20,000 nt of DNA from an uncultured virus (IMG/VR IMGVR_UViG_3300020473_000027) (taxonomy: Duplodnaviria > Heunggongvirae > Uroviricota > Caudoviricetes): IMG/VR virus record IMGVR_UViG_3300020473_000027. The stretch is one strand, 5' to 3'. The notes under the pieces are model-generated. The model worked only from the letters and a program-made list of their open reading frames with translations, searched no databases and had not been told where the DNA came from. A program made the translations under genes and the position numbers. Positions 16,594-20,000 of this stretch are shown piece by piece; position 1 is the stretch's first letter; each line of letters starts with the position of its first letter.

Positions 16594-16798
16594 CTTTAGT
16601 AGGCTCCCACAATAACATAGGGCAAACACTCGTAATATTCTTAGGTTTAACTCTTTTTAATCCCATAGACCTAGCGTTCTCTACCATTTCTAATACAGCT
16701 TTATGCGCCCACTCGTCAATGTAATTAAGCGCCAACACATTAACTTGCACTCCATCCTTATTGAACAGTTTTTTAACTGCACTTTTATTTAAAACCAT
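16586..16798 (-). CDS. Putative histone-fold protein (70 aa), bacterial/archaeal-type singlet histone
   Basis: ATG 16798 with GGAG RBS. The sequence maps to alpha1 (NKSAVKKLFNK), L1 (GVQVN), long alpha2 (LALNYIDEWAHKAVLEMVENARSMG) and L2/alpha3 (LKRVKPKNI, cf. RKT[VI]xxxD[IV]). Confidence 0.7.
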   Translation of the reverse strand: MVLNKSAVKKLFNKDGVQVNVLALNYIDEWAHKAVLEMVENARSMGLKRVKPKNITSVCPMLLWEPTKDA

Positions 16799-16848
16799 TA
16801 TCTCTCTCCAAATTGATTGCCCAAAATTAATACTGTTTCTAAGCATAT

Positions 16849-17079
16849 TCAATTAGAAATACGTTTTTCTTCTTCATCAGACCACTTATCTAGCAAGTCT
16901 AGCTCCTGTCTAATGAAGTCTGATATAATACTCATTGCTTTGTAAATCCCCGCTATATACATCGTGTTCTCAGCATATACATCATTGTTATGCTTCCTAC
17001 TATGTTTCCGATTCTGTTCACGTACATCTACAATCTCAGCCCTCATTTTATTTAGTATCTGTTCCAACTCTGCTAACAC
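16849..17079 (-). CDS. Hypothetical helical protein (76 aa, GTG start)
   Basis: AAGGAG RBS upstream; two amphipathic helices with Y-x-AG-x2-KA. Confidence 0.65.
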   Translation of the reverse strand: MLAELEQILNKMRAEIVDVREQNRKHSRKHNNDVYAENTMYIAGIYKAMSIISDFIRQELDLLDKWSDEEEKRISN

Positions 17080-17100
17080 TCCTTATTACTCCTTTTCTAT

Positions 17101-17220
17101 TCAAATTAACTTTCCAATTACTACGCCAATCAACATCGCAATAATAATATGCTTATGTTTCTTAGCCTCAAATATCAATGTTATGATAAAGTCCATTGTT
17201 ACTCTTGTTAACTCATTCAT
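17101..17220 (-). CDS. Small membrane protein (39 aa, MNELTRVTMDFIITLIFEAKKHKHIIIAMLIGVVIGKLI); not in ORF track
   Basis: Overlaps the stop of the upstream gene and fills the gap; C-terminal hydrophobic helix. Confidence 0.55.
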   Translation of the reverse strand: MNELTRVTMDFIITLIFEAKKHKHIIIAMLIGVVIGKLI

Positions 17221-17539
17221 TGCCATTTTGTTCCCTACTTTCTTTAATTAATGCACCTATCAATAAACAATAATTTCGTATATCTCTTAACCTTCCCTCT
17301 ATTGGTTCATCAGATGCTTCCCTACCATCTAATACAAAGTTCCTTACACTATCCATATGTTTTAACAGATAGACCATGGCAACAAACTCTGGCTCACACT
17401 TCAATCTCTCCGCAATAGACTTGAAGTTCTTTAATTTATCCTCATCACTTACTGTATATTCCTTCCCCTTAACTCTCATCAATTCCATCTCAACTTTAAA
17501 CTCTTCATCAGCCCATTTAAAAAAATCTTTTACTTTCAT
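17213..17539 (-). CDS. Nucleotide-modification-associated domain 1 (Nmad1/DUF1599)-like all-helical protein
   Basis: K-x2-EY...D-x-L-x-NF...KH...E-x4-R-x2-D-x2-NY motif series. Confidence 0.7.
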   Translation of the reverse strand: MKVKDFFKWADEEFKVEMELMRVKGKEYTVSDEDKLKNFKSIAERLKCEPEFVAMVYLLKHMDSVRNFVLDGREASDEPIEGRLRDIRNYCLLIGALIKESREQNGNE

Positions 17540-17667
17540 ATTGAATATCCCTTCAGTACAGAGAATAATCTTTGAATCTCAGTATCGGTTAATTTATCCA
17601 ACAACTTTCTCTGTAATTTTAATTTCATTAATGATTTTATCATTGTTTCTCTATCATCTTTGTCCAT
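17536..17667 (-). CDS. Small hypothetical protein (43 aa, MDKDDRETMIKSLMKLKLQRKLLDKLTDTEIQRLFSVLKGYSI); not in ORF track
   Basis: AGGAG RBS; ATGA overlap with the Nmad1-like gene. Confidence 0.6.
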   Translation of the reverse strand: MDKDDRETMIKSLMKLKLQRKLLDKLTDTEIQRLFSVLKGYSI

Positions 17668-17680
17668 AATTACTCCTATC

Positions 17681-17802
17681 TACGACAAATTTGGTCGTAT
17701 ATAATAGGGAGGCAGTCAATAACCAAACTACCTCCCCTAAACGGACGCCACCATGGAGGGAAAGGAACGGGGATGAATAACCCGAAAACACCTCCTGCGT
17801 CC
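17681..17802 (-). ncRNA. Candidate structured RNA/regulatory leader: three consecutive stem-loops
   Basis: GGACGC/GCGTCC closes nested GGAGG/CCTCC and CGGG/CCCG (17743-17802); GGGAGGUAGU/ACUGCCUCCC (17707-17736, G-U on - strand); TACGAC/GTCGTA (17681-17699). Confidence 0.45.
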
Positions 17803-17814
17803 TTGTGTTCATAA

Positions 17815-17967
17815 TTACCTACCCTTAAACATATTAAACATATTATTCACAGTTCTTTCTAGTGGGCCGGGAGCGTTTAATCCTTTTTTATATCCCGCCC
17901 TGTATCCTCTCATATACACCGCCTGTTCGTTCGGGTTAGTACTTCTTTTACGTCCTTTTTTAGCCAT
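17815..17967 (-). CDS. Small basic protein (50 aa, MAKKGRKRSTNPNEQAVYMRGYRAGYKKGLNAPGPLERTVNNMFNMFKGR); not in ORF track
   Basis: GGAG RBS; overlaps the upstream stop. Confidence 0.6.
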   Translation of the reverse strand: MAKKGRKRSTNPNEQAVYMRGYRAGYKKGLNAPGPLERTVNNMFNMFKGR

Positions 17968-18160
17968 CTATTCTCTCCTCTTCTGTTACTATTGCATCGT
18001 AAACATCCTCTGGCATTATTTCATGCCCTTCACACTTAGGATTTTCACATCCTAGTCCTATTTCTGAAGAACCATCGCCTGTATAGCTTGATGCATATCC
18101 CCACCAATACATCCTCTTATCACAATTTGGGCAATGCACTTCTGACCTATCACCTTCCAT
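17960..18160 (-). CDS. Small zinc-ribbon protein (66 aa)
   Basis: GGAGG RBS; CPNC...CENPKC. Confidence 0.7.
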   Translation of the reverse strand: MEGDRSEVHCPNCDKRMYWWGYASSYTGDGSSEIGLGCENPKCEGHEIMPEDVYDAIVTEEERIDG

Positions 18161-18235
18161 TGTCTTTTTTCCTCCATTGGGTTAACGAAAACAAAAACGT
18201 CCATTGATACTCAATTAAGAAAGCTAAGATTGATT

Positions 18236-18538
18236 TCATGGTACCAATCTGCTTATATAATTAGTTGCGTATCTTGTTAGATGATAAGTTAGATTACTGG
18301 CAATCGCATTATCTACATCTATCATCTCTCCATAAATATATTCTTCGGGAGCATTGGTAACCAACCACCTTGAGCTCTCTGTCAATTTTATTAACTCGTC
18401 ATGGTCTGTTGGTATAACATCTTTAATGATAGTTTCCAATCCTCTATCCCGATACCGATACATCTTCAACGATGCTAAGTGCTTTCGCACCCCTTTCTCT
18501 ACCAACTTCTCTAGGTATTTTACACTATTCTTTTTCAT
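18236..18538 (-). CDS. Hypothetical protein (~100 aa)
   Basis: The likely start is ATG 18538 (MKKNSVKY), with GAGG upstream, overlapping the end of the previous gene. Confidence 0.65.
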   Translation of the reverse strand: MKKNSVKYLEKLVEKGVRKHLASLKMYRYRDRGLETIIKDVIPTDHDELIKLTESSRWLVTNAPEEYIYGEMIDVDNAIASNLTYHLTRYATNYISRLVP

Positions 18539-18719
18539 GCTCTTCCTCGCTTTCCATAAGTTTCTGACCGTCATATCTCATGTCTTGTAATGCACTAATT
18601 CCATGATGTTCAAGAAAATATTTTATATCATCTCTATTAGCTTTTTTACCGAAATGCATACCTATTCCACATCTTGCAAAACGGTCAACCTCTACGGTAT
18701 ATTGAACTTTTACTTTCAT
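18525..18719 (-). CDS. Hypothetical protein (64 aa, MKVKVQYTVEVD...)
   Basis: AAGGAG RBS and TAATG coupling place the start at 18719 rather than 18758. Confidence 0.65.
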   Translation of the reverse strand: MKVKVQYTVEVDRFARCGIGMHFGKKANRDDIKYFLEHHGISALQDMRYDGQKLMESEEEHEKE

Positions 18720-18991
18720 TACGACTTCTCCTTTATGTATGGTAAAAACTCTTTCCAACCCGTCTCTTTTATTTTTTCTCTTATTTCGGGTTTATCATAA
18801 AAGTCTATTTGTTCTTTTAGCATTCTCTGTATAGATGCAAAACAGGGGTTGCTTATTCCTATATCTGCCATCCATTTTAAACAACCTTCTACTCCGCCTG
18901 TCTCTGTTTCAAGTTTATATTGTAATAATTCTAAGAACACATACAGCGCACCTTCCATTTGCGCTTTTGAGTATTCAGAATATCGTTTCAT
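18719..18991 (-). CDS. Hypothetical early protein (90 aa)
   Basis: AAGGA RBS; first gene downstream of the promoter-like motif at 19017-19062. Confidence 0.7.
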   Translation of the reverse strand: MKRYSEYSKAQMEGALYVFLELLQYKLETETGGVEGCLKWMADIGISNPCFASIQRMLKEQIDFYDKPEIREKIKETGWKEFLPYIKEKS

Positions 18992-19006
18992 TGTTTTTCC
19001 TTTCGT

Positions 19007-19318
19007 TTATTGGTTATCATACTTCTTTAATGCACTACTGTGCAAAAAGTTCCATATTAATTTTTTGAGCCTCTGAGTTTTGTGTTTTACGCCTAAGCAA
19101 CCTTGAAGTGCACGTTTCGTGGATATCTCGGTTCTCTCCGAGCTCCCAATCTCTCCGCAATAGTATTGGGATTTTAGAGGCTCATTGTTTAAAGGGCTTG
19201 GCGTAGATGTTAATTCATTGTCCGTTAGGAACAACCAAGCCCTCTCATTGAAGACACTTGCAAGAGTCTCTCTCTCCCTGTGCAGTAGTCTTTCGTCATG
19301 TCCGAGCGACGGCATCAC
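19007..19318 (-). CDS. Doubtful ORF (103 aa) overlying a highly structured region
   Basis: Has a strong GGAGGT RBS and an open frame, but no recognisable motif. It runs across multiple inverted repeats and through promoter copy 2. Confidence 0.3.
   Translation of the reverse strand: MMPSLGHDERLLHRERETLASVFNERAWLFLTDNELTSTPSPLNNEPLKSQYYCGEIGSSERTEISTKRALQGCLGVKHKTQRLKKLIWNFLHSSALKKYDNQ
19017..19062 (-). promoter_or_regulatory. Repeated promoter-like motif, copy 2 (GGAACTT -35-like box)
   Basis: AATTAATATGGAACTTTTTGCACAGTAGTGCATTAAAGAAGTATGA; aligns without gaps to the copy at 19371-19416. Confidence 0.6.
19067..19243 (-). ncRNA. Candidate multi-stem non-coding RNA (or DNA secondary-structure element)
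   Basis: Perfect stem AGGGCTTGG/CCAAGCCCT (19193-19243). Perfect stem GAGCCTCT/AGAGGCTC (19067-19183) encloses TCCCAAT/ATTGGGA, CTCGG/CCGAG and CACG/CGTG hairpins. Confidence 0.5.
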
Positions 19319-19370
19319 AACGTGCTACCTCCCTGTAACAAATGTGTCATCAAATTAAATTTATTCTTAT

Positions 19371-19416
19371 TCATACTACTTATAGTCAGTTCGCTTTAAA
19401 AAGTTCCAATTTAATT
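19371..19416 (-). promoter_or_regulatory. Repeated promoter-like motif, copy 1 (GGAACTT -35-like box)
   Basis: AATTAAATTGGAACTTTTTAAAGCGAACTGACTATAAGTAGTATGA; intergenic, immediately after the stop at 19417. Confidence 0.6.
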
Positions 19417-19653
19417 TCACCCTAACATATATTCTACTAAGCCCTCGTTATAAACCCCGAGCGACTTTAGGTTATGTATCCATAGTCTTTCAGCTTGTAT
19501 AGGGCTAATCTCCCCATCTTGATGAAAGTTTTCTGGTGCCCATTCGGGCTGTAAGATAATCTCAATCTGTTCATCTGATAATTTGTCCTTATCAAAACCA
19601 AACCTATCAAATATCTTTTGTTCATACTCTGTTATCATTTCTTTAGTGGTCAT
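19417..19653 (-). CDS. Hypothetical phage protein (78 aa) with APENFHQDGEIS motif
   Basis: AAGGA RBS; ATGA overlap. The PEN-x3-DGE motif recalls small early proteins of aquatic phages. Confidence 0.7.
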   Translation of the reverse strand: MTTKEMITEYEQKIFDRFGFDKDKLSDEQIEIILQPEWAPENFHQDGEISPIQAERLWIHNLKSLGVYNEGLVEYMLG

Positions 19654-19823
19654 TGTTTTTTCCTTTCTTTTATTTCTTCTACCACCTCTATGTCCTCGCC
19701 ATGGGATTTTGTATGGTAGTGGCTACCCTCCATATAATTATCCATCGCCTCTTGCTCTGACTCTGCCTCCACCTCCCAAAACTGGGTGTCGGCAATATCT
19801 ACTTTTACTATATATTTTTTCAT
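19650..19823 (-). CDS. Small acidic protein (57 aa) with VEAESEQEA motif (DpnD/PcfM-like)
   Basis: The likely start is ATG 19823 (MKKYIVKV) with AAGGA RBS; K-Y-x-V...V-E-A-x-S-x2-E-A pattern. Confidence 0.65.
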   Translation of the reverse strand: MKKYIVKVDIADTQFWEVEAESEQEAMDNYMEGSHYHTKSHGEDIEVVEEIKERKKQ

Positions 19824-19825
19824 AT

Positions 19826-19999
19826 TTATTTCCTTTTTACATTTTTTAAAGTAAGTGTGTCGCAATCTTTAGACATTTTATAGTGCATCTCACAACATTC
19901 AAAATCAATCATAGGCATACACCATCCTCCATCTTTACTTGTCTGATACACATCCACGATGTACTTTGTTTCGTTTTTACAACTATTCGGGTTTGATTC
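19826..19999 (-). CDS. Partial hypothetical protein, Cys-containing (start outside window)
   Basis: The frame is open from the window edge (...ESNPNSCKNETKYIVDVYQTSKDGGWCMPMIDFECCEMHYKMSKDCDTLTLKNVKRK*) and stops 2 nt before the next ATG. Confidence 0.5.
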   Translation of the reverse strand, partial: ESNPNSCKNETKYIVDVYQTSKDGGWCMPMIDFECCEMHYKMSKDCDTLTLKNVKRK

Positions 20000-20000
20000 A

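Noticed and set aside
16594..16852. ORF-track starts at 16629 (exonuclease) and 16852 (histone-like ORF)
   Set aside because: Downstream ATGs at 16593 and 16798 have better RBS and coupling and give sensible domain boundaries.
19067..19183. tRNA gene
   Set aside because: It is multi-branched but lacks a T-loop GTTCRA, D-loop consensus and correct arm lengths.
19285..19322. Hammerhead-like string GUGAUGCC-GUC...GAC-GAAA on the - strand
   Set aside because: The core should be CUGANGA; here it is GUGAUGC, and stems I and III with a cleavage triplet could not be built.
13450..19849. Plus-strand ORFs within the early block (e.g. 15085-15426, 16964-17251, 17376-17669, 19583-19849)
   Set aside because: Antisense shadows of a coherent, translationally coupled minus-strand operon.
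1..20000. Alternative genetic code / stop-codon reassignment
   Set aside because: Long ORFs are intact under the standard code, and TAA, TAG and TGA all end genes at sensible, often coupled, boundaries.

Overview
AT-rich fragment of a tailed dsDNA bacteriophage, most likely podovirus-like and similar in style to uncultured aquatic/marine phages. It has two convergent gene blocks that meet at overlapping stop codons (12927-12930). The + strand (1-12930) is late/virion: the 3' end of a tail fibre with a Peptidase_S74-type chaperone, a dense run of small, mostly membrane proteins ending in an M15-family endolysin, a tail tubular/stabilisation-like protein, a second tail-chaperone-like protein and three probable ejection (internal virion) proteins. 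The - strand (12927-20000) is early/DNA metabolism: DUF736-like and DUF669-like putative ssDNA-binding proteins, an Hjc-like resolvase, a PD-(D/E)XK nuclease with a Zn ribbon, a Cas4-like exonuclease, an Nmad1-like protein and many tiny ORFs. The top signal is a 70-aa ORF (16586-16798, -) that reads as a prokaryotic histone-fold protein, overlapping the start of the Cas4-like exonuclease. Also notable are several structured-RNA candidates on the early strand and a duplicated 46-bp GGAACTT (ECF-sigma-like) promoter motif bracketing one of them. All family assignments come from motif recognition by eye; no database search was run.
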